Assembly: GCA_963663965.2 (NCBI GenBank)
Contig: CAXXFK010000011.1
Location: 1-64,000, forward strand
Direction: 5' to 3'
From: Sedimentisphaerales bacterium
GTDB taxonomy: Bacteria; Planctomycetota; Phycisphaerae; Sedimentisphaerales; SM23-30
Length of the DNA: 64,000 nucleotides
Shown: positions 40,763 to 50,981 of the stretch, in pieces
Position numbering within the stretch: the first letter of the stretch is position 1
How the letters are laid out: the number at the start of each line of letters is the position of its first letter
Notes under the pieces: generated by a model
Told to the model about the DNA's origin: nothing
The model's database searches: none
What the model saw: only the letters and a program-made list of their open reading frames with translations
Position numbers and translations under genes: made by a program

Positions 40763-42448
40763 TTAAGAGGTGGATTGTCCCTCGGTTGAAACCGTCTCGC
40801 CATGCTGGGTGTCCCGGGTATGCAAATGAAACTGAGCCGGGATAATCCCCTGCTCACTCAGATCTTTTAAAACCCCGGTAATCTGACTGAACGTCAATCC
40901 CGCCCCCGGATTACTTGGTTGTTCATAGGACCGCGCCAGGGACGTCACTAAACGGTCCACCACCATGGAGCAGGTGAACTGAACATGTTTTCCATCCCCC
41001 GGCAATATCCGGATAACGGTAATTTCAGAATCGTCCGGCCTGGCATTCAAGGTGAGCTGCTTTTCCGGCGTCTCATAAAAGACTTCCCGCCGGGCCACAA
41101 TATTCTTACCAAAAAGTATGATCCTGGGATCCACATCCGCCCAGACATAAATCATCGGCTGGCCAATCGTTTCCACCAACTCCAGTTTGAACCCTCCCGG
41201 CATATCATAAGTCCGGATCCGGGGGTCTTGAATCTTCCTCAACCCTTCATAAGCCAGCAGCCGAATCCGGGTGACCGGGTGATTCAACAATTCAATCAAA
41301 GCACGGTTCGCCCTCACTGTACTCGAATACTCGCCCAATTGTTCAATAGCATCCATTTGCCTGGGATGCTCGTCATTTAGCCCTATCTGAACCATCGTAT
41401 CAATCGCCCGGGTATCCCCTAGATTGAGCGCCGTTCGAGCGGCATAAAAAGACAACTCCGTTCCGGCATTCAGATAAAATGGTTCAACATGAACCAGGGC
41501 CTGCCGTCCGATCGCTTCCCATTCCAGGGCAATTTGTTCATAATCCGGATGCTCTTCCAGCGCCCGGTTACTTAACTCCTGCAACTTCTGCTTCTGAAAG
41601 ACAATATCATCCCGGAAATACAACGCCAGCAGCAACTTGAAGAAATGCTCATAATCATCATGATATTCCTCCGGCACCGAGATTTCGATTCGGCTGCGAT
41701 CCAGGGCGTCAGCGACTTTGCGAACCCCGCTCGAACCAAACCGGGTATCGATACGACGCTGTAAATGCTGCGCGACCCGATAATCCGGATCCATCAACGC
41801 CAATTGGATACGGCGATCTCGGATGGAGCGTCCACCTCCCAGCACCGTACCGGTCAATAAAATGTCGCTGCCTGATTTGTTTGCCCCTCCATTGAATGGA
41901 TCGGTAAAGACCGGCCCGATAGCGCGGGCGCTGATTGGACGGACAATGGGACCACTGTCTCCCAGTACCACTTCCTGCAAATCCGTAGGCATCAAATAAC
42001 CCCCTTGCAATGAAGTCGCCTGAGAGGACCAGGGAATCCGGATATTCACATTAAATATGCCACCTTTGGGGACTCCCGGCGGCACGTCACCACTGACCAG
42101 TACCGCGGCGGTATCCCGGCTGTCGATCAACCCTTCTGCGGTCATTTGACTGTACGGCGCGCTCATATATTTCTGGGCTTCTGTCCGCATAATCAAATCT
42201 AACAGGGTTGCCCGGATACTGGGCGGACATTCATCGGATCCAGTGCCATGCAAACCCCAAATCAGTGAATAGCCCTGCACTCGAACCGGCTGATAACCCA
42301 GTAACTCACAAAGATCTCCAATTGTCCGGTCTGTCACCTCTGCCGCTATCGGTTCCGTACTGATCGTCGGAGCCGGCTTACGCTTCCCACAACCATTTAA
42401 TAACAAAATCGAAGAGGAAATCAGCATTATGGTGACTAATTTTTGCAT
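40763..42448 (-). CDS. FlgI (P-ring)-like lipoprotein with HEAT-repeat insert
   Basis: Lipobox LLNG|C; VQGYSLIWGLHGTG, TAAVLV, ATSLQGGYLMPTDL as in FlgI; helical repeats in the C-terminal half. Confidence 0.75.
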   Translation of the reverse strand: MQKLVTIMLISSSILLLNGCGKRKPAPTISTEPIAAEVTDRTIGDLCELLGYQPVRVQGYSLIWGLHGTGSDECPPSIRATLLDLIMRTEAQKYMSAPYSQMTAEGLIDSRDTAAVLVSGDVPPGVPKGGIFNVNIRIPWSSQATSLQGGYLMPTDLQEVVLGDSGPIVRPISARAIGPVFTDPFNGGANKSGSDILLTGTVLGGGRSIRDRRIQLALMDPDYRVAQHLQRRIDTRFGSSGVRKVADALDRSRIEISVPEEYHDDYEHFFKLLLALYFRDDIVFQKQKLQELSNRALEEHPDYEQIALEWEAIGRQALVHVEPFYLNAGTELSFYAARTALNLGDTRAIDTMVQIGLNDEHPRQMDAIEQLGEYSSTVRANRALIELLNHPVTRIRLLAYEGLRKIQDPRIRTYDMPGGFKLELVETIGQPMIYVWADVDPRIILFGKNIVARREVFYETPEKQLTLNARPDDSEITVIRILPGDGKHVQFTCSMVVDRLVTSLARSYEQPSNPGAGLTFSQITGVLKDLSEQGIIPAQFHLHTRDTQHGETVSTEGQSTS

Positions 42449-42716
42449 GGATGAGCCTTTACTAACTTGATGGACATGCACCATACAGCAATATTATCGG
42501 ACATTCGTATCAAAAATCTTTGAAATAAGCTCCAACGATTGGCTCGCAGGATAATCAGGCGTGAAATAAATTCTTACAGGTTTCTGAAAACAGAACCAAG
42601 TCATAATATAGGCTGATTACAACCGATATGCAAGGATATTCAGCTGTCTCAGGTGAATGATTCTCTAACAATGCCCTTATTACTGCCAGAATCTCTAAGA
42701 TTTCATAACTATCTAA

Positions 42717-44900
42717 TTAAGAGTCACTTACATCATCTATTGGTGTTAGCTTGATGATTCGCGCCTGGATATTGACATCCATAATCCGCACCGTCAACTC
42801 ATGCCCCAGTTTAAATGGGATCTTTTCGGTCATCTTTTCCGGCCGGAACTTTCTGGACCGCCCTTTTCCCTTTTTCTGGCTGGGCACCTTCCCGGCCATG
42901 TATTTATGGATATCCTCCGAGGATATCAAACCCTCGATCAGGTATTTCTCCAGCTGAACAAACATCCCAAACGAGGTGACCGCGGTAATCACCCCTCGAA
43001 TATCCTCGCCGATCGAATTCGTCAGCAGTTGCATGATCTTGAAGTCCCTCAGGTCGTTTTCGGCCTTCTCGGCATTCCGTTCCCGCCCGCTGCAATGCTG
43101 GCCCGATTCTTCCAGCTCCGTATAACTTGGAAAATCCTCCAGCGTATTCTTATTCAGCCGCCCCTCAATCCAGGCATCCAGCAGCCGATGCACCGTCAAA
43201 TCCGGATACCGCCGGATCGGGCTGGTAAAATGGCAGTAATACTGGCTCGCCAGCGCGAAATGCCCGATATGGGCCGGGCTGTACTCCGCCTTCTGCATGC
43301 TCTTGAGGATCGCCAGGTTGATCATAAATGATTCCGGCTTGCCCGCCACCGAATTCAACAGCGCCTGCATCCCCATCCGGTCGATTGTCTTCGGCACCAC
43401 ATAACCGCAGATATTCACCGTACGCGCCATGGTCCCGGTCGCCAGGGCATCCGGCTGTGGGTGAATCCGCCGCAAAAACGCCACCTGCTGACGGTCCAGC
43501 AGTCGCGCCACCGCCTCATTCGCCTCCAGCATAAACATCTCGATCAACGTATGCGAAAAAGTCGTGCTTTCCGGATGCGCGTCAATCACATGTCCCGAAT
43601 CATCGTACACCAGTTCCGCCTTCGGCAGTTCCAGCCGCAACATCCCATCCCGCAACCGCCGCGCCTCGATAATCCGAGCCAGCTTCTCCAACTCGCCCAC
43701 CAGCGCCACCGCCCGCGGATCGAATCCCTCCAGCCCCGTCAACGCCCCTTCCATGATCCGGTCCACCTCTTCATAGGTAAAGCGCTGGCACGAACAGATC
43801 ACACTGTTGGCAAACCGTGTCCGGATCACCTTACCGTGGTCATCCAGCGTCATATAAGCGCTCTTGGCAAACCGCTCCTGATGCGGCTGCAGCGAACAGA
43901 TCCCGTTCGATAACTGCTCCGGCAGCATCGGTATCACATGCTGCGGCAGGTAAACGCTCGTCGCCCGGGCGTAAGCCTCCTCATCCAGCGGCGTCCCTTC
44001 CTGCACAAAATGGGCCACATCCGCGATATGCACCCCCAGTTCCCAATAGCCTTCCGGCGTCCGGTCCATGCTGATCGCGTCATCAAAATCCCGCGCGTCC
44101 ACCGGATCGACCGTCACAATCACCTTGCCCCGGATATCCTCCCGGCGGCCCGCCTCAATTTCCGCCTGCGGATCATGCCGCGCGATCGCCTCGCGGACCT
44201 GATGCAGCACTTTCCGCGGAAATTTCTCGGCCAGCCCATACCGCACGATCACCGACTTCAACTCCGCCGGCATCTGGCCCGCCTTGCCCAGTTTTCTCAC
44301 AATCGCGCCAAACGCGTAACTCTGGCTGGTTGGGTATTGGACAATTTCAACCTCCACCTTATCGCCCGGCCGGGCATTCTTCGCTCCCGGATCATCCACA
44401 TAGATCAAATCCGTGTTATCCCGTCCATCCGGCCGGACAAACCATTCCCGGTCCTGCCGTTCCAGTATCCCGACATAACTGCTCCGTCCCCGCTCGATCA
44501 CCTTATCGACCGCGCCATAATACCGCATCTGCCCCTTCCGGTCCGGCCGCGGCCGCACCCGCGCGCTCACCCGGTCACCCGTCACCGCGTCCAGATTCTG
44601 ACCTCCCGGCACAAACACATCCCCGCCCGCAAACACACCCTCCGGCCGGATAAATCCATACCCATGCCGGCTCGCCTCATACGTTCCGCTGATCCGCTTC
44701 GGCATCGGCGGCAATTCCACCCGCTGGCGGTTATCGACATGAATCCGCCCCTCCTCCTGCAACGCGTTCAACGCCTGATAAAACGCCTCAAAATCCCCTT
44801 CGCCCAAAAACAGGCTCTTCGCCAGATCCCGCTTCTTCACCGGCACATAGTCCGCCTTCGAGATCAAATCCAGAATCGGCTTAAAATACTTCTGATACAT
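42717..44900 (-). CDS. rnr: Ribonuclease R
   Basis: TVDPVDARDFDDAIS, VHIADV, RATSVYLP, IEMFMLEANE, HFTSPIRRYPDL, C-terminal S1 domain. Confidence 0.95.
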   Translation of the reverse strand: MYQKYFKPILDLISKADYVPVKKRDLAKSLFLGEGDFEAFYQALNALQEEGRIHVDNRQRVELPPMPKRISGTYEASRHGYGFIRPEGVFAGGDVFVPGGQNLDAVTGDRVSARVRPRPDRKGQMRYYGAVDKVIERGRSSYVGILERQDREWFVRPDGRDNTDLIYVDDPGAKNARPGDKVEVEIVQYPTSQSYAFGAIVRKLGKAGQMPAELKSVIVRYGLAEKFPRKVLHQVREAIARHDPQAEIEAGRREDIRGKVIVTVDPVDARDFDDAISMDRTPEGYWELGVHIADVAHFVQEGTPLDEEAYARATSVYLPQHVIPMLPEQLSNGICSLQPHQERFAKSAYMTLDDHGKVIRTRFANSVICSCQRFTYEEVDRIMEGALTGLEGFDPRAVALVGELEKLARIIEARRLRDGMLRLELPKAELVYDDSGHVIDAHPESTTFSHTLIEMFMLEANEAVARLLDRQQVAFLRRIHPQPDALATGTMARTVNICGYVVPKTIDRMGMQALLNSVAGKPESFMINLAILKSMQKAEYSPAHIGHFALASQYYCHFTSPIRRYPDLTVHRLLDAWIEGRLNKNTLEDFPSYTELEESGQHCSGRERNAEKAENDLRDFKIMQLLTNSIGEDIRGVITAVTSFGMFVQLEKYLIEGLISSEDIHKYMAGKVPSQKKGKGRSRKFRPEKMTEKIPFKLGHELTVRIMDVNIQARIIKLTPIDDVSDS

Positions 44901-45354
44901 AATAATTCGTTCCCCTTTCAAGGTTTTTCCCTTTGTAAACACATAAATAACATTAATTTCCCAACTATTATACCCTCCCCCCTACATTAAGCAATCTCCG
45001 TTTTACCTGCTCAATAAATTAGAAATGCAGCCTGATTGAAAATCGGGAGCACTGACACCTATCTTTACATATGCTCACTCGACATACACCACTTCTCATA
45101 ATCTGCATTTAACCTTTATCTATTATACATCTAAAATGCAGATAAACGCAGATGCATATTATAACAATATATTTTACACTTATCCAGTCAGATCCTTATA
45201 CAATACTTAGCGGCCATGCTTTATTAAACTATTTCCTCTTATACCCTTTCTTTATCTGCGTTCATCTGTGTCCATCTGCGGTTCAAAATATGCCTTGATA
45301 TTATTCTGTAGTTTCAACGAATTGACCTGCTCCACGATCAGCGCCAACAGTCTC

Positions 45355-45701
45355 GTAGGATAGGCAAACTTGTTTTGCCCATGCTGAGCGAAGCGAAGTC
45401 CCGATCCATCGAGGCTGATCAAAACAACTTACCTCCCACATCTTCACTCAGACTTCTCCGGCAAACTTAACGCTTCGGCCTCATCACTAGTCAGTAATTT
45501 GCACCACTGATGCGTCATCACCGTAAAGAAAAAACGACGCCCCATGCCATATCGCCTGCGATAATAGGTCATGGCTCAAGCCTCCAAAAACCAATTGCGC
45601 GTTTCTCGCTTATCATTCACATCCATTCCAAAAGTCAAATTAAACCAACAGCATAGGCAAATCACAGAGTTGCCTCATCCTATGAATTTTGCCCACGCTA
45701 C
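45355..45701. repeat. Inverted GTAG-family REP-like palindromes flanking a RAYT remnant
   Basis: GTAGGATAGGCAAActtgtTTTGCCCATGCTG (45355-45386); CAGCATAGGCAA...TTGCCTCATCCTATG and TTTTGCCCACGCTAC (45649-45701). Confidence 0.65.
45444..45572 (-). pseudogene. N-terminal remnant of a YafM-type RAYT
   Basis: Translated by hand: MTYYRRRYGMGRRFFFTVMTHQWCKLLT..., matching the YRR..G..FFTV start of YafM-type RAYTs; GGAGG RBS upstream. Confidence 0.7.
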
Positions 45702-45761
45702 AATACTGGTCCCCTACGCCCAATATTCAAAATCAATTTGAAACAACAAACTGATTTAACG

Positions 45762-48700
45762 TCACAATCCTTTATTTTCCACCCATAACGTCTCAATCTC
45801 ATCATCACTTAATACGCGACGATATATCCGGACATCATCAATACATCCATTGAAGCCATTTAAGCCATCCAGCGTGTTACCGATTGACAAAGGATATTTG
45901 GTGGCGTAACGACTTAGTGAAATTGCAGAAGCATTAGTTTTATATTCGACCTCCACACCATTAACATACATAGAAATTGTGGCGTCACCTAAACAATCAT
46001 ATGTCATTACAACATGATACCAGACACCGATATCCGGCGTGAATTGAGAGATTGCTTTTGCACCATCATGTCCAGTATCTGCCGAAAGAGTTCCATCAAG
46101 CCCTGAAGTCAGATAAAAGCCCCACATTCTACTCTGATTTATTATCATTCCACTGGCTCTAGTTTCCGGCCGGGACATAACTTTCATCCACAATGATATC
46201 GTAAATATCGATAAATCACGGATATCCCCTCCCATTCCACAAGCCACCTCATCATCGTTGCCATCCAGTTTTAATGCCCCACTGCCACATTTGAATTCAC
46301 CCGGCGCCTGACTGATTACAGATCCATACAACAACTCACAATGGTTACTTCCAACCTTGTCCTGACCATCGGTATCGAAAGTCCAGTGAGCCATTAGGTG
46401 TTCTTGATCCAGTTTAAAAATTCCATGATTCCAGTTCCTGCTCATTATCGCAAAATCTCCCAATTCCAGCCGCCCATTCTGATCGATATCGCCAGATGCA
46501 GTATCCCCTTGTCCCCACGTTCGCGTCCACTCAGCCAGGTCGGTTCCGTCAACGCCCCACAACCCGGAGATATCGCCCTCAATAGGTACCTGCCAGTTTA
46601 AGCGCGGATAATCGTAACCAGGACGAATATTCTTCCAGACTGGTCCAAAGTCATTACTCGATTGCCAGCCCAAAGTTCCCTCTTTCATTTGATTACTCGT
46701 CAAATAATGACCGGTATCGATCAAGCGGGTTCGGCCAGATACTTCCCCATCCCAATAATTCTTGTCCGAACCTATCGAACTGAAGCTCCCACTTAATCCT
46801 CCGACTGTAATGCCTCCCCGAATCGTACCCACCGCGTAAGTCTCATCGATTATCCCGGAAGCATTATAGCCGTACAAACCGCCAACACACTCACTCTCAG
46901 GTCCGGCATAAATGGCGCTATGGGTATAAGACTGCTCTATCGAACCACTATTGAATCCACAAATGCCGCCAATATGATCTCCCCAACCTTGAATATCCCC
47001 CGTATCATAACATCCAATCACCAGCCCCTTATTATGCCCGACAATACCGCCCACCAGTGAGCCACCCGATATCCGGGCCCGTTCCAGACCCAGGTTTTTG
47101 ACGATCCCATGTTCACCCAGTATCCCAATCAATCCCACACGATTAATTGACTCCGCCTCGATAACCAGGTTCCGGATCAATTTGCCATTTCCATCCAATA
47201 CCCCCTGAAAATAATCTTCACTGCCTGTTACCGCCCGGTTAAACGAATACCCCGCCAGATCTATATCACTTTCGACAATAAAATAAGTGCCAGCGGTCCA
47301 GTCACATACCCGTTCACTCAAGCAAATGATATCCTCCTTACTGTCAATCTGAAAGGGCTCCTCCGCTGTCCCGTTCCCCCCATAGGTACGCTCCGGATAA
47401 TTCGTCATGATTGGATCCCCGTCTTTGTCTTCCCAGGCCAGCCGGGGATAATCCATCCCCCCATCGATTATCCAGTTTCCATCCTCCCAGCCGTAATACC
47501 AGGCAGCCTGCTTCATTTCCACTGTGGACCGCCCCCGGCCACCTGAACTGCTATCGATTTCAGCGGCTTCCCGATCCCAGTAACACGCCCGGATACGATC
47601 ATTATTCTCCCCACAGAAACCGCCGGAGCCCGATGCTCCCATCACTTCACCCACACTATAACTCTGCTGGATCAACGCCACATTAGAGCCACACAATCCC
47701 CCCCCAATACCGCTGCTCTCTACCCGCCCACTGCTATAACAGTGGCTGATCTGACTGCCTTTTCCATTACCTCCACACAAACCACCCTCCATTGAGTCAT
47801 CCTCTCCATGACAGATCACTGCCCCTGATGCAAAACTCTGGCGAATAATCCCAACCGGACCATTCGATCCGCACAAGCCACCTGTCGTCGATTTTAAACC
47901 CGTTACGACACCGCTCGCGCTACATCGCTCAATCCTGCCCCCGGCATTACTGCCGCACAAGCCTCCCACTTCATAAGACCCCGTCACGCCGGCAGTAGCC
48001 AGACTGTCCGCAATCGTGCCAAAATTCATTCCACACACACCCCCCGTAATGGCCCGGCCTTCAATACTCCCATGACCGCTACATTGAATAATCGTTCCTT
48101 GAGTGAAATTTTTTCCGCACACCCCGCCACACCAGGTATTAGTCGCCCGAACCATACCGGTTACCTCGCAACGCTGGATTACGCCGGCATTCTGACCACA
48201 CAACCCGCCGACACCATAATCTCCCGAAACAGTCACATCCTTCAATACGACATCTTTTACAACGCCACCCTCTCCAATATAGCCAAATAAACCGATGTAT
48301 GCCTTATCCCCTCCCATGATCGTTAAATTTGACAAAGTGTGCCCGTTCCCATCGAATACCCCGGTAAACTTCTCACCATCAAATTCCAGATCATCCCAAC
48401 TATTTAAATCCCAGCCGATGACCGCAGTATCAAATACCTGACCGTTTAAATCCAGATCCGCCGTCAGAATAAAATGGCTATCATACTGGAGCGGATGATT
48501 TCTCAAACTGACCAGGTCATCCACCGAACTGATCTGAAAAGGATTTTCCTCTGTGCCATCCCCACCTGAATAACCCACCCGGTCAGAATTCTGAAACAAG
48601 ACAAAAATCTCGGTTTTCGTTAGTACTCGCCGGTAAAGCCTTACCTCATCGATACACCCGTCAAAAGCATAATGACCAGACCTATCACCACCAATTGTCA

Positions 48701-49322
48701 ACGGAATTGTTGAGCTTGAATATAAATCTCCTTCGGCTCTGTATGTATTTTTATACTCAAGTTCTTTTCCATTAATATATAAATGAATTTTGCGATCATA
48801 TTCATCATCGTAAATCATTACCAGATGGTACCACTCCCCTGGCATCACTGTAAACTTACTGTTTGCAAGAACTCTTGTTTCTGCATAAATCCTGCAAATC
48901 AATATTTCATCTTGTATCCGAATACGATGAATTTCCCAGTAAGGATAAATTGCAATCAATAGATCATCAGAATTTTCTGCAGCCATCTCGCTTGCCATAA
49001 ACCATAGTGACACAGACCGCGTTGTCAAATCCGCCAGATCACTGCCCATATCGCACACTGCCACATCATCCTCTCCATCCAGTTTCAATGCCCCGCCCCC
49101 TAATCTGAAATCCCCTTCTTCATGAGACACCACCGCCCCCGATTCCAGTGAGGCATGATAACCGCCCGCAATATCCGTTCCATCGACATCGAACGGCCAG
49201 TACGCCACCAGTTGATCATCACTGACCAAATCAGCAGACACAATACGTCCCAGGCAAAAACACACCGAAAAAATACCAGATACGACTGCTAACCACTGAC
49301 ATAGACCGGACTTATACATCAA
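45762..49322 (-). CDS. Secreted LamG-like / GLUG-repeat / dockerin-like protein
   Basis: Signal peptide; two LamG domains (LVAYWPFD...WYHLV...FDGCIDEVRLY); GDGTEENPFQI; many GGLCGxN repeats; GDI...D..D dockerin-like segment. Confidence 0.85.
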   Translation of the reverse strand: MMYKSGLCQWLAVVSGIFSVCFCLGRIVSADLVSDDQLVAYWPFDVDGTDIAGGYHASLESGAVVSHEEGDFRLGGGALKLDGEDDVAVCDMGSDLADLTTRSVSLWFMASEMAAENSDDLLIAIYPYWEIHRIRIQDEILICRIYAETRVLANSKFTVMPGEWYHLVMIYDDEYDRKIHLYINGKELEYKNTYRAEGDLYSSSTIPLTIGGDRSGHYAFDGCIDEVRLYRRVLTKTEIFVLFQNSDRVGYSGGDGTEENPFQISSVDDLVSLRNHPLQYDSHFILTADLDLNGQVFDTAVIGWDLNSWDDLEFDGEKFTGVFDGNGHTLSNLTIMGGDKAYIGLFGYIGEGGVVKDVVLKDVTVSGDYGVGGLCGQNAGVIQRCEVTGMVRATNTWCGGVCGKNFTQGTIIQCSGHGSIEGRAITGGVCGMNFGTIADSLATAGVTGSYEVGGLCGSNAGGRIERCSASGVVTGLKSTTGGLCGSNGPVGIIRQSFASGAVICHGEDDSMEGGLCGGNGKGSQISHCYSSGRVESSGIGGGLCGSNVALIQQSYSVGEVMGASGSGGFCGENNDRIRACYWDREAAEIDSSSGGRGRSTVEMKQAAWYYGWEDGNWIIDGGMDYPRLAWEDKDGDPIMTNYPERTYGGNGTAEEPFQIDSKEDIICLSERVCDWTAGTYFIVESDIDLAGYSFNRAVTGSEDYFQGVLDGNGKLIRNLVIEAESINRVGLIGILGEHGIVKNLGLERARISGGSLVGGIVGHNKGLVIGCYDTGDIQGWGDHIGGICGFNSGSIEQSYTHSAIYAGPESECVGGLYGYNASGIIDETYAVGTIRGGITVGGLSGSFSSIGSDKNYWDGEVSGRTRLIDTGHYLTSNQMKEGTLGWQSSNDFGPVWKNIRPGYDYPRLNWQVPIEGDISGLWGVDGTDLAEWTRTWGQGDTASGDIDQNGRLELGDFAIMSRNWNHGIFKLDQEHLMAHWTFDTDGQDKVGSNHCELLYGSVISQAPGEFKCGSGALKLDGNDDEVACGMGGDIRDLSIFTISLWMKVMSRPETRASGMIINQSRMWGFYLTSGLDGTLSADTGHDGAKAISQFTPDIGVWYHVVMTYDCLGDATISMYVNGVEVEYKTNASAISLSRYATKYPLSIGNTLDGLNGFNGCIDDVRIYRRVLSDDEIETLWVENKGL

Positions 49323-49634
49323 ACACCACCTTCATATACCATTAACGAGTAAAAATACCCGCTTGGCCGTGAAACAAATCTTTTTCGAGCAACTACTTAG
49401 CTTACGAGCGATCAGAAATTTTCATACCCATTGGGTAACACTCTTCTTTCCATATACTCAAAATAATACTTAACGATCCCATCATACTCAACATCACCCC
49501 AAAAGTCAAGGCTTAACTCACCGCTCATCATAGCCTTACAAAACACTTGATAAATTATCCCTTTTTAAAAGATTGAATCATCCCCGATAGCCGGATATGA
49601 TAATACCCGATATCTTAGCGAGCATCGAACCCTT

Positions 49635-50930
49635 ATGAAAAACCCCATGACACGCAGGCGTTTTCTACATCGGGCCGCCTCACTGACAGCCGGAGCGCTG
49701 TCTGTCCCCATAATCATCCCATCTTCGGTACTGGGAAAAAACGATGCCATCTCACCCTCCAATCGCATCACCATCGGCTGTATCGGTGTCGGCAGTCACG
49801 GCGCCGGCGTCAATCTCAAAAGTTTCCTCTCCCAGCCGGATGCGCGGGTGGTCGCCGTCTGCGATGTCGATCGCAACCATCTGGAACAGGCCCGGCAAAT
49901 CGTCAATGCCCAATACGCCCATACCGATTGCTCGAGCTACGCCGATTTTCGCGAAGTCCTGGCCCGCGCCGATGTTGATGCCGTCATGATCTCCACCCCC
50001 GATCACTGGCACACCCCCATCTCCATCATGGCCGCCCGCGCCGGCAAGGATATCATCTGCGAAAAGCCCACCTTATGCATCAGTGAAGGCCGCACCCTGA
50101 TCGATACCATCCGCCGCTACGGCCGCGTCTTTCAGACCTCAACCGAAGATCGTTCACTATTCGTTTATCACCGTATGGCCGAACTGGTCCGCAACGGCCG
50201 CATCGGCCGGCTACACACCATCGAAGTTGAATTACCCCGTCAGCCCGGCCGTCCCGGCAATCCTCAGCCCATGCCCATTCCCAAAGAACTCGACTACGAC
50301 ATGTGGCTGGGCCCGGCCCCCGATGCCCCTTACACCAAAGACCGGATCCACTTCGATTTCCGCTGGATCTGGGATTATTCCGGCGGCATCATCACCGATT
50401 GGGGAACCCACCTGTTCGATACCGCCCAATGGGGCAATGATACCGAATTGAGCGGCCCCGTTGCGATCGAAGGCCGCGCCACCTTCTGGGAAGAAGGCCT
50501 GTTCAATACCCCCAAAGACTATGACATCGAATACCAATATGAAAACGGGGTCCGTATGACCTGCCGGGCCGGCAATCCCAGCATCCGTTTTATCGGCTCC
50601 GAAGGCTGGATCGGTAACCGTGGCTGGATCGGCCCCTTGCAGGCCGAACCGGCCAATATCCTCGATTCGGTCATCGGCCCGGACGAAATCCATCTTTACA
50701 CCTGCCCGGGCGGCGAACACCGCAATTTCCTCGACTGCGTCAAGACCAGAAAAGATCCCTATTTCCCCGTTGAAATCGGACATCGGGTATCCACCGTCTG
50801 CCATCTGGCCAATATCGCCATCCGGCTGGGCCACCCCTTGAAATGGGATCCCCAAAACGAAGTCTTTATCCAGGATGAACAAGCCAACCGCATGCGTGAC
50901 CGCTTCATGCGGAGCCCCTGGACCATATAA
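49635..50930 (+). CDS. Tat-exported Gfo/Idh/MocA oxidoreductase
   Basis: TRRRFL twin-arginine motif, GCIGVG, TPDHWH, CEKP, WLGPAP, DWGTH. Confidence 0.92.
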   Translation: MKNPMTRRRFLHRAASLTAGALSVPIIIPSSVLGKNDAISPSNRITIGCIGVGSHGAGVNLKSFLSQPDARVVAVCDVDRNHLEQARQIVNAQYAHTDCSSYADFREVLARADVDAVMISTPDHWHTPISIMAARAGKDIICEKPTLCISEGRTLIDTIRRYGRVFQTSTEDRSLFVYHRMAELVRNGRIGRLHTIEVELPRQPGRPGNPQPMPIPKELDYDMWLGPAPDAPYTKDRIHFDFRWIWDYSGGIITDWGTHLFDTAQWGNDTELSGPVAIEGRATFWEEGLFNTPKDYDIEYQYENGVRMTCRAGNPSIRFIGSEGWIGNRGWIGPLQAEPANILDSVIGPDEIHLYTCPGGEHRNFLDCVKTRKDPYFPVEIGHRVSTVCHLANIAIRLGHPLKWDPQNEVFIQDEQANRMRDRFMRSPWTI

Positions 50931-50981
50931 GCCTCAGGATTGTCACGAGAAACCGATTGTTTAAGAAATGGAGTATGTAAA

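Noticed and set aside
43938..44990. 350-aa + strand ORF, and similar ORFs at 37625, 52895, 55828, 60010 and 62809
   Set aside because: Antisense to well-supported genes; a by-product of codon bias
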